In this document: positions 9,620 through 18,837 of the stretch, piece after piece
How positions within the stretch are numbered: position 1 is the stretch's first letter
Layout: each line of letters opens with the position of its first letter
DNA from: Anaerolineae bacterium
GTDB taxonomy: Bacteria; Chloroflexota; Anaerolineae; Aggregatilineales; Ch27
Direction of reading: 5' to 3'
NCBI GenBank assembly: GCA_034430555.1
Contig: DAOUEM010000495.1
Span: 12,148 to 76,147, forward strand
Length of the DNA stretch: 64,000 bases
Position numbers and translations under genes: made by a program
The notes under the pieces: generated by a model
Database searches by the model: none
The model's input: the letters and a program-made list of their open reading frames with translations, nothing else
What the model was told of the DNA's origin: nothing

Positions 9620-10231
9620 ATGATCGACCAACGCCTCTATGAAGAATTCCGCGATATCGGGCGGGACATTTTTGTCACCGGGATGACCAGCACGCACGGC
9701 GGTAACATGAGCGTGCGCGTGGGCGACAAGATCATCATCAAGCGGCGCGGTGCGCAGTTCGGGCGGCTCAAGCCCAGCGACTTCGTGGAGACCAGCCTCT
9801 ATGGCCGGGACAGCGGCATCATGCGGGCCAGCAGCGAGCTGATCGTGCACCGCGCCATCTACCACAAAACGTCGGCCCTGGCGGTGATCCACTCCCACCC
9901 GCGCACGGCCATTGCGCTCAGCCTCAGCCGCGATGAGATCATCCCCATCGACGTGGAAGGCTCCTACGTGCTGCACAAGGTGCCGGTCATCGCCACGGAA
10001 CACGCCTCCGGTTCGCAGGAGATGGCCGACATCATCTCGGATACGCTGTGCGAGTACAAGATTTGCATGCAGCGCGGGCACGGTTGTTTCGCCACCGGGC
10101 AGATGCTGGAAGAAGCGCTCCAGTGGATTTCCTGCCTGGAGGAAGCCAGCGACATCATCCTGGAGCATAAGCTGCTGGGCGAAGAGCGCATCGAGTTCCG
10201 CCGCCACAGCGACGCCTACAGCAACTGGTAA
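9620..10231 (+). CDS. Class II aldolase/adducin-family protein (aldolase A)
   Basis: Starts 2 nt after the aor stop, with a GGAAGGAG ribosome-binding site. Catalytic Glu (SSELIVH), Zn ligands HSHP and GHG are present. Confidence 0.85.
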   Translation: MIDQRLYEEFRDIGRDIFVTGMTSTHGGNMSVRVGDKIIIKRRGAQFGRLKPSDFVETSLYGRDSGIMRASSELIVHRAIYHKTSALAVIHSHPRTAIALSLSRDEIIPIDVEGSYVLHKVPVIATEHASGSQEMADIISDTLCEYKICMQRGHGCFATGQMLEEALQWISCLEEASDIILEHKLLGEERIEFRRHSDAYSNW

Positions 10232-10263
10232 ACGCCGCTGGTAAACGCCGCTGGTAAACGCCG
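10225..10263. repeat. 3 x 13-bp perfect tandem repeat CTGGTAAACGCCG spanning the stop codon of aldolase A
   Basis: Units at 10225-10237, 10238-10250 and 10251-10263. The TGG-TAA of the gene end lies in unit 1. Confidence 0.95.
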
Positions 10264-10352
10264 TGATTAGCGCCGCACGAAGGCGGGCAAACACCATCGA
10301 ACGCGGGGGCAATGCGGCGCCCTAGTGAAACGGTTTTATATGGGGATAATCC

Positions 10353-11003
10353 ATGACCTACCAACTCTGGGACGAATGGGAGCAACGCAAACGCATCTGC
10401 GAGATCGGCAAGCGGCTCTACCAGCTGTTCTTCATCGCCGGCAACGACGGCAACCTCTCGGCCCGCCTCAACGACGGCGAAATCCTGATGACGCCCACCG
10501 GCATCAGCAAAGGCTTCCTGGAGCCGGAGCACCTGCTCAAGATCACGCCGGACGGCGACCTGATCAGCGGGCACAAGGACTTCGTGCCGTCCTCGGAGTT
10601 CCGCATGCACCTGGTGATCTACCAGCACCGCCCGGACGTGCGGGCCGTGGTGCACGCCCACCCGCCCACCGCGACCGGGTTCGCCGTGGCCGGCAAGGGG
10701 TTGGAACAGCCCTTCCTGCCGGAAGTGGTGGTCCGCACCGGCCCGACGCCGCTGGTACCTTACACCATCCCCGGCGGCGACGAGCTGCCCCTGTCGCTGG
10801 TGCCCTACCTGAAGAACCACGATACGCTGCTGATCGGCAATCATGGCGTGGTGGCTTACGGCAAAACGCTGACCGAGGCCCACTACAACCTGGAAACCAT
10901 CGAGTTGAACGCGCGCATCTACCTGACGGCCTCGCAACTGGGGCACGTCAACTACCTGGACGCGGAGCAGGTCGCCGCCCTGGAAGCACGGTACAAAGCC
11001 TGA
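10353..11003 (+). CDS. Class II aldolase/adducin-family protein (aldolase B; fuculose/rhamnulose-1-phosphate-aldolase-like)
   Basis: 216 aa. PSSEFRMH (Glu), HAHPP and GNHG metal ligands. Confidence 0.85.
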   Translation: MTYQLWDEWEQRKRICEIGKRLYQLFFIAGNDGNLSARLNDGEILMTPTGISKGFLEPEHLLKITPDGDLISGHKDFVPSSEFRMHLVIYQHRPDVRAVVHAHPPTATGFAVAGKGLEQPFLPEVVVRTGPTPLVPYTIPGGDELPLSLVPYLKNHDTLLIGNHGVVAYGKTLTEAHYNLETIELNARIYLTASQLGHVNYLDAEQVAALEARYKA

Positions 11004-11045
11004 AGCGCCGAATTAGACATCGGATGTGCGGTATAATCAACTGGT

Positions 11046-11070
11046 CAGGCGGTCGATAAGCCACCGCCTG
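11046..11070 (+). terminator. Stem-loop CAGGCGGT-N9-ACCGCCTG between aldolase B and the SulP gene
   Basis: Perfect 8-bp arms at 11046-11053 and 11063-11070. No U-tract. Confidence 0.25.
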
Positions 11071-11098
11071 CTCGGCGTTAGATCGAAAGTATGTTGAC

Positions 11099-12763
11099 AT
11101 GCTTGTTCGCCGCTTCGCCGCCTACCGGTCCCACCTGGTAGCGGACCTGCTGGCCGGCGCGACGGGGGCCATCGCCGGCACACCCCAGGCGATGGCCTTC
11201 GCCATCATCGCCGGGATCAGCCCGGTGTACGGCCTGTATACCGCCATCGTCTCGACCATCGTCGGGACGCTGGTGCAGAGTTCCACCTTTATGACCATCG
11301 GCCCAACCAACGCGCTGGCCCTGGCCGTGGGCAGCACGCTGGCTCCCTTCGCCGGGGATGGCAGCCAGATCGAGCGGCTGGTCACCCTGACGCTGCTGGT
11401 CGGCCTGTTCCAGCTGGTGTTCGGGCTGCTGCGCCTGGGCGATATCACCCGCTTCGTCTCCAATGCCGTGATGACCGGCTTCATCACCGGGGCGGCCTGC
11501 CTGATCATCATGGGCCAGTTGACGCACCTGGTCGGTTATGAAGGCCCGGGCGGCGGCGGGGCTTTGGGCAGCCTGTGGGACCTGCTCACCCACCTTCCCC
11601 AGATCGACCCGGCGACCACCGTCATCGGCGTGATGGCGACCGTGATCATTTACCGCCTGCATCACACCCGCTACCGCAGCATCGCCACCATGACGGCCAT
11701 CATCATTACGGCCCTGCTGGTCGCGATCCTGGGCTGGGGCCAGGTCAAATTGGTGCGGGAACTGTCGACGATTCCCAACATCCTACCGCCTTTTGTCCTG
11801 CCTACGCTGCAATACGCGCCGGACCTGCTGACCTCGGCGCTGGCCATCGCCCTCCTGGCCCTGGTGCAGAGCGCCGGCATCTCCAAGACGGTGCACGAGC
11901 CGGACGGCAGCACGTCCAATATCTCACGCGATTTCGTCGGGCAGGGCGCGGCCAACCTGGCCGGGGCTTTCTTCCAGAACATGCCCTCCGGCGGGTCGCT
12001 GTCGCGGACGGCCGTCAATGTGGCGGCGGGGGCGCGGACTCGCCTGGCGAACATCTACGCCGGCCTGATGGTAGCCGCGATCTTGCTGTTGTTAGGCTCG
12101 TTGACCGAGCGCATCCCCCTGGCGGCGCTGGCCGGTCACCTGCTGGTGGCCGCCTCCAGCCTGATCAAGCTGGACGAAATTCGCATGGTGTGGCGGGTCA
12201 GCCGGACGGCGCGGGCAGTGATGCTGGCGACCTTCGGCGCGACCATGGTGCTGCCGCTGGAATACAGCATTTACATCGGCGTCGGGTTGTCCCTGCTGAT
12301 GTACGCCTATACCTCGTCCAACCGGCTGACGGTGGTGCAGCTCGTGCCGACCGACGACCACCACTTCCGCGAAGCGCCCGTCCCCAAGACGCTGGCCGGC
12401 GGCCAGCCGACCGTGATCGGCGTGTACGGCAACCTGTACTTCGCCGCGGTGGAAACGCTGGCCCACGCCCTGCCCGATCCGGGTGAGGCGGAGCGTCCGG
12501 TGGTCGTGCTGCGGCTGCGCGGCAACGAATACCTGGGCAGCACGGGCATCCACCTGCTGGAGCGGTACGCCACCCAACTGCGGGCAGCGGGGGGCCGCCT
12601 GATGCTGGCGGGCATCAGCCCGGCGGTGGCGGATCAGCTAGAGCGCACCGGCACGCTCGACTGGCTGGGCAGGGAGAACGTCTTCACCGCTGGCGAGACG
12701 CTGTTCCGCGCCACCGAGGACGCCCTGCAGCAGGCGCAGGAATGGCTGGCCGCGGCCCGCTAA
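11099..12763 (+). CDS. SulP-family anion permease with C-terminal STAS domain
   Basis: 554 aa, multi-TM N-terminal region. C-terminal STAS-like VVVLRLRGNEYLGSTGIHLLE...LMLAGISPAVADQLERTG. Confidence 0.9.
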   Translation: MLVRRFAAYRSHLVADLLAGATGAIAGTPQAMAFAIIAGISPVYGLYTAIVSTIVGTLVQSSTFMTIGPTNALALAVGSTLAPFAGDGSQIERLVTLTLLVGLFQLVFGLLRLGDITRFVSNAVMTGFITGAACLIIMGQLTHLVGYEGPGGGGALGSLWDLLTHLPQIDPATTVIGVMATVIIYRLHHTRYRSIATMTAIIITALLVAILGWGQVKLVRELSTIPNILPPFVLPTLQYAPDLLTSALAIALLALVQSAGISKTVHEPDGSTSNISRDFVGQGAANLAGAFFQNMPSGGSLSRTAVNVAAGARTRLANIYAGLMVAAILLLLGSLTERIPLAALAGHLLVAASSLIKLDEIRMVWRVSRTARAVMLATFGATMVLPLEYSIYIGVGLSLLMYAYTSSNRLTVVQLVPTDDHHFREAPVPKTLAGGQPTVIGVYGNLYFAAVETLAHALPDPGEAERPVVVLRLRGNEYLGSTGIHLLERYATQLRAAGGRLMLAGISPAVADQLERTGTLDWLGRENVFTAGETLFRATEDALQQAQEWLAAAR

Positions 12764-12917
12764 TGGATGCTGGCCGAATGGCCCCATCCACGCCATCACA
12801 TTACAATCCGCCCCCGGTTTACCTGCCCATCGCGTAGCACGCGCCGCGTGGCGCACCGGAGCGGTTTCTGGTAGTTTCATGCCTGTTTGAGCCATTGTCT
12901 AAGGATACAGCCGTCTG

Positions 12918-14318
12918 ATGGAACCGGAATACCACCAGCCTACCCCCAGCCGACCGTCCGCCCTCAGCCGGGTGTGGCGCTCGATCCGGCGAGAGCCGCT
13001 CTGGCCGGGCGATGACCGGGGCCGGATGCGCCTCGCCATGAACGACCTGATTCTGCACCTGCACCCGCCGCGAGTCTCGCGCCGCGCCATCCGCCTGACC
13101 TATACCTTCGGCCTGGGCGGGATCGCCCTGCTGCTGCTGACGGTGCAGGTGGCGACCGGCGTGCTGCTGATGTTCGCCTACACGCCCTCGCCGGAAGGCG
13201 CGTATAACAGCCTGGTGGCCCTGCAAACCGAGGTTTATTTCGGCCAGTTGATCCGCAACCTGCATCACTGGAGCGCCAACCTGCTGCTGATCGTGGTCTT
13301 TTTGCACCTGCTGCGCGTCTTTTACACGGCGGCCTTCCGGCGCCCGCGCGAGTTCAACTGGCAGTTGGGCCTGGCCCTGCTGGGGCTGGCGGCCCTGGCG
13401 AACTTCACCGGCTACCTGCTGCCCTGGGACCAGCTCTCCTACTGGGCGGTGACGGTTGGGGCGAGCCTGCTGGGCTACATTCCGCTGATCGGGGCGCCGA
13501 TCAAAGACCTGCTGCTGGGCGGACCCTCGGTCAACGCCACCACGCTCAGCAACTTTTACGCGCTGCACGTCATGCTGATCCCGCTGGGTTTTCTCGTGCT
13601 CACCGTCTACCACATCTGGCGCACGCGTAAGGACAAGTTCAGCGTGCCGCGCCGCCTGGGCGAAGACTCGCCGCCCAAGCCCCTGGAAATGGTGACCACC
13701 ATCCCCCACCTGGTAAGCCGCGAGGTGATCGTGGCGCTGGTGGTGCTGGCCGTCCTGCTGACCTGGGCGACCTTCATCGACGCGCCGCTGCTGGACGCCG
13801 CCGATCCCAACCATCCCCCCAACCCCACCCGCGCTGCCTGGTATTTCCTGGGCATCCAGGAGCTGCTGCTGCACTTCCACCCGACGTTTGGGGCCTTCGT
13901 CATCCCGGCGCTGACCATCGGCGCCTTGATCGCGCTGCCCTACCTGCCCGACGAGCACGATACGACCGGCATCTGGTTCCGCTCCAGGCGGGGACGAGTT
14001 TTAGCACTGATCAGCCTGCTGCTGGGCATCGGGGCGACGGCGGCGCTGGTCCTGCTGGACGACAACGGCTTCGCCCTGTCAAGTCTGCTGGCCTTCCTGC
14101 CGGCCTGGATCGGCAACGGCCTGGTCCCGCTGGGGTTCGCCATGCTGGCGGCTTATGGCTATACGCGCCTGCTGGGCTGGATCGGCGCCAATCCCGGCGA
14201 AGTCCGGCTGGCGCTGTTCACGCTGCTGCTGGCGGTCTTCATCACGCTGACGGTGATCGGCGTCTTCTTCCGGGGGGCGGATATGGCCCTACGGTTACCG
14301 TGGGAGGCGGGCTTATGA
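12918..14318 (+). CDS. Cytochrome b of a bc-type complex (fused b6-like domain plus subunit-IV-like domain)
   Basis: 466 aa. Haem-ligand helices NLHHWSANLLL...FLHLLRV and FYALHVMLIP, PWDQ motif. The C-terminal extension carries further TM helices. Confidence 0.9.
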   Translation: MEPEYHQPTPSRPSALSRVWRSIRREPLWPGDDRGRMRLAMNDLILHLHPPRVSRRAIRLTYTFGLGGIALLLLTVQVATGVLLMFAYTPSPEGAYNSLVALQTEVYFGQLIRNLHHWSANLLLIVVFLHLLRVFYTAAFRRPREFNWQLGLALLGLAALANFTGYLLPWDQLSYWAVTVGASLLGYIPLIGAPIKDLLLGGPSVNATTLSNFYALHVMLIPLGFLVLTVYHIWRTRKDKFSVPRRLGEDSPPKPLEMVTTIPHLVSREVIVALVVLAVLLTWATFIDAPLLDAADPNHPPNPTRAAWYFLGIQELLLHFHPTFGAFVIPALTIGALIALPYLPDEHDTTGIWFRSRRGRVLALISLLLGIGATAALVLLDDNGFALSSLLAFLPAWIGNGLVPLGFAMLAAYGYTRLLGWIGANPGEVRLALFTLLLAVFITLTVIGVFFRGADMALRLPWEAGL

Positions 14319-14848
14319 GCGACTCGCACGCGACCCCATCCGACCTGCCCCGCCGCGATTTCCTCAAGCTGGCCTGGGGCACGCTGGCGACGGCCACCGG
14401 ACTCGGCCTGGGCTACATCGGCCTGCGTTTTCTCGGCTCGCGGGTGGGCGAGGGTGATTTCGGCGGGCCGGTCACCGCCGGGCGCGTCGACGATTTCCCA
14501 CCGGGCACGGTGACGCCGGTCAGCAGCGGCCAGTTTTACCTGGTGCGCGGCGAAGACGGCGGCTTCCTGGCGCTGTATCGCAAGTGCACGCACCTGGACT
14601 GCGTGGTGCTGTGGGAGGAAGCCGAGGGCCGCTTCCAGTGCCCCTGCCACGGCTCGGTCTTCCAGTCGGATGGGGACGTGCTCAACCCGCCCGCGCCGCG
14701 CCCGCTGGCCCGCTTCCCCGTCACCTTCGAGGACGGCAAGGTGATCGTGGATACCGGCGCGCTGATCGAGCGGGTCGCCGTCGGCCCGGAGGACGTGGTT
14801 TTCCCACCGGCACCAACGCCGACAGCGGTGGAGGAAGAGGCACCGTGA
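14315..14848 (+). CDS. Rieske [2Fe-2S] protein with twin-arginine signal
   Basis: ATG 14315 overlaps the cytochrome b stop (ATGA), with GGGAGG 7 nt upstream. RRDFLK Tat motif. Cluster ligands CTHLDC and CPCHGS. Confidence 0.9.
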   Translation: MSDSHATPSDLPRRDFLKLAWGTLATATGLGLGYIGLRFLGSRVGEGDFGGPVTAGRVDDFPPGTVTPVSSGQFYLVRGEDGGFLALYRKCTHLDCVVLWEEAEGRFQCPCHGSVFQSDGDVLNPPAPRPLARFPVTFEDGKVIVDTGALIERVAVGPEDVVFPPAPTPTAVEEEAP

Positions 14849-16125
14849 ACCGGATCATGAAGTGGATCGGGCTGCTGGCGACGGCGGTGCTGTTCGTGAT
14901 GGTCGTGGTCAACATTGTGCGGGAACCGGCCCGCCAGGCGGGGGCCCTGTCCGACTACCAGGCGGCAGCCGTCGACCGCGGCATGACGACCTACGCCCAG
15001 CACTGCGCGCGCTGTCATGGGGCCGGCGGTGAGGGGTTAGGCGTTTACCGGGCACTGGACCAGGATTTCGTCCGGCAGCAGGACGAGCGGCTGCTGTTCA
15101 ACACCGTCGAGCGCGGGCGCTACGCCACGGACATGGCTCCCTTTGGCATCAACGAGGGCGGGGCGCTCTCCCACGGCCAGATCGACAACCTGGTGCTGCT
15201 GCTGCAGCTCGGCGACTGGCCGGCCATCGAGCAGCGCGTGGCCGACCTGGATTTGATGCCCACCGAGGCCGACATCCTGGCGGCGATGGGGCCGGACCTC
15301 ACCCTGCCGCTGGCCGAAGTCGGCGACGGCGAAACGCTGGCCCTGGCGCAGAGTCTGTTCGCCGAGCACTGCGTGGAATGCCACGGCGAAAACGGCGAGG
15401 GCACCGCCGACGCACCCGCCCTCAACGACCCCTACGTGCGCAATATGCCCGTCGCGCAGGTTTACGAGATCGTGACCATCGGCGTGCGCAATACGGAGAT
15501 GGAAGGCTTCGAAGGCACGCTGACGGTGGACGACATCGCGGCGCTGATCTACCTGCTGCAAAACGGCGCGTTCGGCCCGGAGGCGCTGGCCGCCGTCGAC
15601 CCGGGGCCGGACCTGGCCGCGCTGGCGGAAGGTCTCGACGGGCAGGTTCTGTTCCAGACGTGGTGCGCCATCTGCCACGGGGTGCGCGGCGAAGGTGGCT
15701 CCATCGCGCCGTCGCTCAACGACATCCCGGCGCTCTCCGCCGACTTCATCACCAGCCGGGTGCGGGGCGGCAAAAACGCCATGCCCCCCTTCCCGGAGGC
15801 CGACGTGACCCCCAACCAACTGGCGGCCATCATCCTCTACGCGCAGGGCAACATTTTCGGATCGGGCCTGCCGGTTTACACGCCGGAAGAGCTGGCCGCC
15901 GCCCGCGATACATACATCCTGCACTGTGCGGAATGCCACGGCGACTCTGGCGAGGGCACCCCCGCCGACGGGCCGCGCATCGTGACCTCTCCGCCCATGC
16001 GCGCCGTGGCGATCATCAATTTCGTGCGGGTTGGCTCCGTCGATACACCCGCTATCACCGCAGCGGAAGTCTCCGAGGCCGACCTGGCGCTGATCGTGGC
16101 TTACCTGCACAGCCTGGCGCGCTGA
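14845..16125 (+). CDS. Membrane-anchored tetrahaem c-type cytochrome (four class-I-like modules)
   Basis: Four CxxCH motifs (CARCH, CVECH, CAICH, CAECH). N-terminal TM WIGLLATAVLFVMVVV. GTG 14845 overlaps the Rieske stop (GTGA) after GGAGGAAGAGG. ATG 14857 is an alternative start. Confidence 0.85.
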   Translation: MNRIMKWIGLLATAVLFVMVVVNIVREPARQAGALSDYQAAAVDRGMTTYAQHCARCHGAGGEGLGVYRALDQDFVRQQDERLLFNTVERGRYATDMAPFGINEGGALSHGQIDNLVLLLQLGDWPAIEQRVADLDLMPTEADILAAMGPDLTLPLAEVGDGETLALAQSLFAEHCVECHGENGEGTADAPALNDPYVRNMPVAQVYEIVTIGVRNTEMEGFEGTLTVDDIAALIYLLQNGAFGPEALAAVDPGPDLAALAEGLDGQVLFQTWCAICHGVRGEGGSIAPSLNDIPALSADFITSRVRGGKNAMPPFPEADVTPNQLAAIILYAQGNIFGSGLPVYTPEELAAARDTYILHCAECHGDSGEGTPADGPRIVTSPPMRAVAIINFVRVGSVDTPAITAAEVSEADLALIVAYLHSLAR

Positions 16126-16317
16126 CCGTCCTCCCGGATGGCAGAATCGAGCGGGTGGGCTATCATCGGCAGGCTGGGCGACGGTATACCGCAGACATCC
16201 CGTAACCTTTCGCCCAAAAATCCGTTGTTACCAGCAGATGTGCCTGCCAGGTTGCAGCCAACACGGCGGGCCTCATTTTAGTTGCGGTACCACCGCCAGA
16301 ACCTGGAGTTTTGTTTG

Positions 16318-18102
16318 ATGACCACCTATGCCGACCGCCCCTGGACCCAACATTACGATGATGGCGTGCCCGCCACGCTGGCACCCTACCCGGAAAACAC
16401 CCTGCACGACCTGCTGCGCCAGACGGCCGCCCGGCTGCCCGATCACCCGGCATTGGTCACCAAGACGCGGCTGCCGCTGCTCGGCTACCGGCAGCACACC
16501 CTCACCTACAGGGAGCTAGACGCCCTCTCCGACGCGCTGGCCGCCGCACTGATCGACCTCGGCCTGGAAAAGGGCGAACGCGTGGTGATCGTCATGCCCA
16601 ATATCACGGCCTTCGTGATCGCCTACTACGGCACGCTGAAGGCGGGCGGCGTGGTGGCCGCCACCAACCCGACCTATCCCGCCGAGCGTTTGCGCTACCA
16701 GATCGACGACTGTGACGCCCGCTTCGTGATCGCGATGAGCATGTTTTACGACACGATCAAGTCGATCCAGGCAGAGACGAAAGTGGAGCACGTCGTCGTC
16801 GCCAACCTGAAAGACCACCTGCACCCGCTGGCGCGCCTGCTCTTTAACCTGGCGATGGAGAAAAAGGACGGCCACTACGTCGCGGCGCTGGGGGAGGGTG
16901 ATTTCTGGCTGGAGGATTTGCTGGCGCGTCACGCCGGGCAGCGGCCCGACCGGGCCATCACGCCCGATGACCTGGCCCTGATCCAGTACACGGGCGGCAC
17001 GACCGGTATCAGCAAAGGCGCGCTGTCCACGCACCGGGCGCTGGCCGCCAGCACCCGCCAGGTGGACGTGTGGACCTCCGTCAAGCTGCCGGGGGTGCCG
17101 GAAAAACCGCGCCACGAGATGGTCGTGCTGGCCGCGCTGCCGATGTTCCATGTGTACGGGCTGGTGGTGCTGCTCAGCCTGGCGGTGTCCTCCGGCATGA
17201 GCATCGTGCTGGTGCCTAACCCGCGCGACGTCGACGGCCTGGTGGACCTGCTCGACCACTGCCGCCCGGACATCTTCCTGGGCGTGCCAGCGTTGTACAG
17301 CGCCATTCTGGATCACCCCGCCATCAAGTCCGGCCAGGTGCGGCTCGATTCGATCCAGATTTCGCAGAGCGGCGCCTCGCCGATGCACCCCGCGCTCAAA
17401 GAAGCCTTTGAGGCCGCCGGGGGGCGCTGCCTGTTCGAAGGCTACGGCATGAGCGAGATTCCCTGCGGCAATCACTCCAACCCGCTGGTGGGGGAGAACA
17501 AGCCCTATTCCGTGGGGCTGCCGCTGCCGGACGTGGACTGCCGCATCGTCTCCGTGGAAGACGGCACGACCGAAATGCCGGTCGGCGAGGTGGGTGAGAT
17601 CATCATCCACGCCCCGCACATGATGAGCGGCTACCACAAGATGCCAACCGAAACCGCCAACGTGCTGCGCGAATACGAAGGCCGCCAGTGGGTGTATACC
17701 GGCGACGTCGGCTATATGGATACCGACGGCTACTTCTTCATCGTGGATCGCAAGAAGGACATGGCGCTGATCGGCGGCTTTAACGTCTTCCCCAACATGG
17801 TGGAACAGGTGCTGATCAAACACCCGGCGGTGCAGGATGTTGGCGTGGCCTCGATCCCCCATCCCAAGCGGATCGGGCAGGAAGCGCTCAAGGCCTGGAT
17901 CGTGCTCAATGAGGGCCAGACCGTCAGCGAGGAGGATTTGATCGCCTTCTGCGAGCCGCACCTGGCCGGCTACGAGATTCCGCGCCGCTACGCCTTCGTG
18001 GCGGAACTGCCGCGCTCCACGGTGGGCAAGGTACTGCGCCGCGAGCTGGTCCAGCTGGAGGTGGAAGGGGTCAGCGGGGCAGAATCGGCGTCCGCCGGTT
18101 AG
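16318..18102 (+). CDS. Long-chain-fatty-acid--CoA ligase (AMP-dependent synthetase)
   Basis: AMP-binding motif IQYTGGTTGISKG. GYGMSE and YTGDVGYMD blocks. Start placed at ATG 16318 (MTTYADRPW). Confidence 0.9.
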   Translation: MTTYADRPWTQHYDDGVPATLAPYPENTLHDLLRQTAARLPDHPALVTKTRLPLLGYRQHTLTYRELDALSDALAAALIDLGLEKGERVVIVMPNITAFVIAYYGTLKAGGVVAATNPTYPAERLRYQIDDCDARFVIAMSMFYDTIKSIQAETKVEHVVVANLKDHLHPLARLLFNLAMEKKDGHYVAALGEGDFWLEDLLARHAGQRPDRAITPDDLALIQYTGGTTGISKGALSTHRALAASTRQVDVWTSVKLPGVPEKPRHEMVVLAALPMFHVYGLVVLLSLAVSSGMSIVLVPNPRDVDGLVDLLDHCRPDIFLGVPALYSAILDHPAIKSGQVRLDSIQISQSGASPMHPALKEAFEAAGGRCLFEGYGMSEIPCGNHSNPLVGENKPYSVGLPLPDVDCRIVSVEDGTTEMPVGEVGEIIIHAPHMMSGYHKMPTETANVLREYEGRQWVYTGDVGYMDTDGYFFIVDRKKDMALIGGFNVFPNMVEQVLIKHPAVQDVGVASIPHPKRIGQEALKAWIVLNEGQTVSEEDLIAFCEPHLAGYEIPRRYAFVAELPRSTVGKVLRRELVQLEVEGVSGAESASAG

Positions 18103-18105
18103 CCG

Positions 18106-18837
18106 TCAACCCCCGCTGTTGGGCGCTGGATCGGGGCGGCCCTCCCGGATTTTACGCAGCAGGCGGTGGGCAGCGGCGGCAGCGCCCAGGCCGTTGTCGA
18201 AGTTGACCACGGTCACGCCGGGCGCGCAGCTGTTGAGCATACCCAGCAGCGCGGCCAATCCCTGGAAGCTGGCCCCGTAACCGACGCTGGTCGGCACGGC
18301 GATGATGGGGGGATCGACCAGACCGCCAACCAGGGTGGGCAGCGCGCCTTCCATGCCGGCCACCACGATCAGCACGTCGGCTTCGGCCAGGGTATCCACG
18401 TGGGCCAGCAGGCGATGCACGCCCGCCACGCCGACGTCATAGAGCCGCTCGACCCGGTCTCCCAGGAAGTCCAGCACGCCGCAGGCTTCCTCGGCGACCG
18501 GCAGGTCGGAGGTGCCGGCGGCCACCACTTTCGCCAGGCCAATCACCTGGTCGGACAGGCGGCCCACCGTCAGCAGGCGGGCGGTCGAATCGTAGGCGGC
18601 GGACGCGATCTCGGCCTGGACGGCGGCAGCGTGATCGGGCGTGGCCCGACTGGCAAGCGCACATCCCTGCCGGGCGACCATATGCGTCATGATGGCCGCC
18701 ACTTGCTCCGGCGTTTTACCCTCGGCATAAACGAATTCCGGCAACCCCTGCCGCCGCAGCCGGTCATGGTCCAGCCGTGCGAACTCGCCGATCACTTCCA
18801 CCCCCGCACCCTCTGGCGCTCGCTTTGAATCAGTCAT
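18106..18837 (-). CDS. larB: Nickel-pincer cofactor biosynthesis protein LarB (PurE-like carboxylase/hydrolase)
   Basis: VVAAGTSDLPVAEEA and VVAGMEGALPTLVGGL blocks typical of LarB/PurE-fold proteins. Overlaps larE by 8 nt. Confidence 0.85.
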   Translation of the reverse strand: MTDSKRAPEGAGVEVIGEFARLDHDRLRRQGLPEFVYAEGKTPEQVAAIMTHMVARQGCALASRATPDHAAAVQAEIASAAYDSTARLLTVGRLSDQVIGLAKVVAAGTSDLPVAEEACGVLDFLGDRVERLYDVGVAGVHRLLAHVDTLAEADVLIVVAGMEGALPTLVGGLVDPPIIAVPTSVGYGASFQGLAALLGMLNSCAPGVTVVNFDNGLGAAAAAHRLLRKIREGRPDPAPNSGG

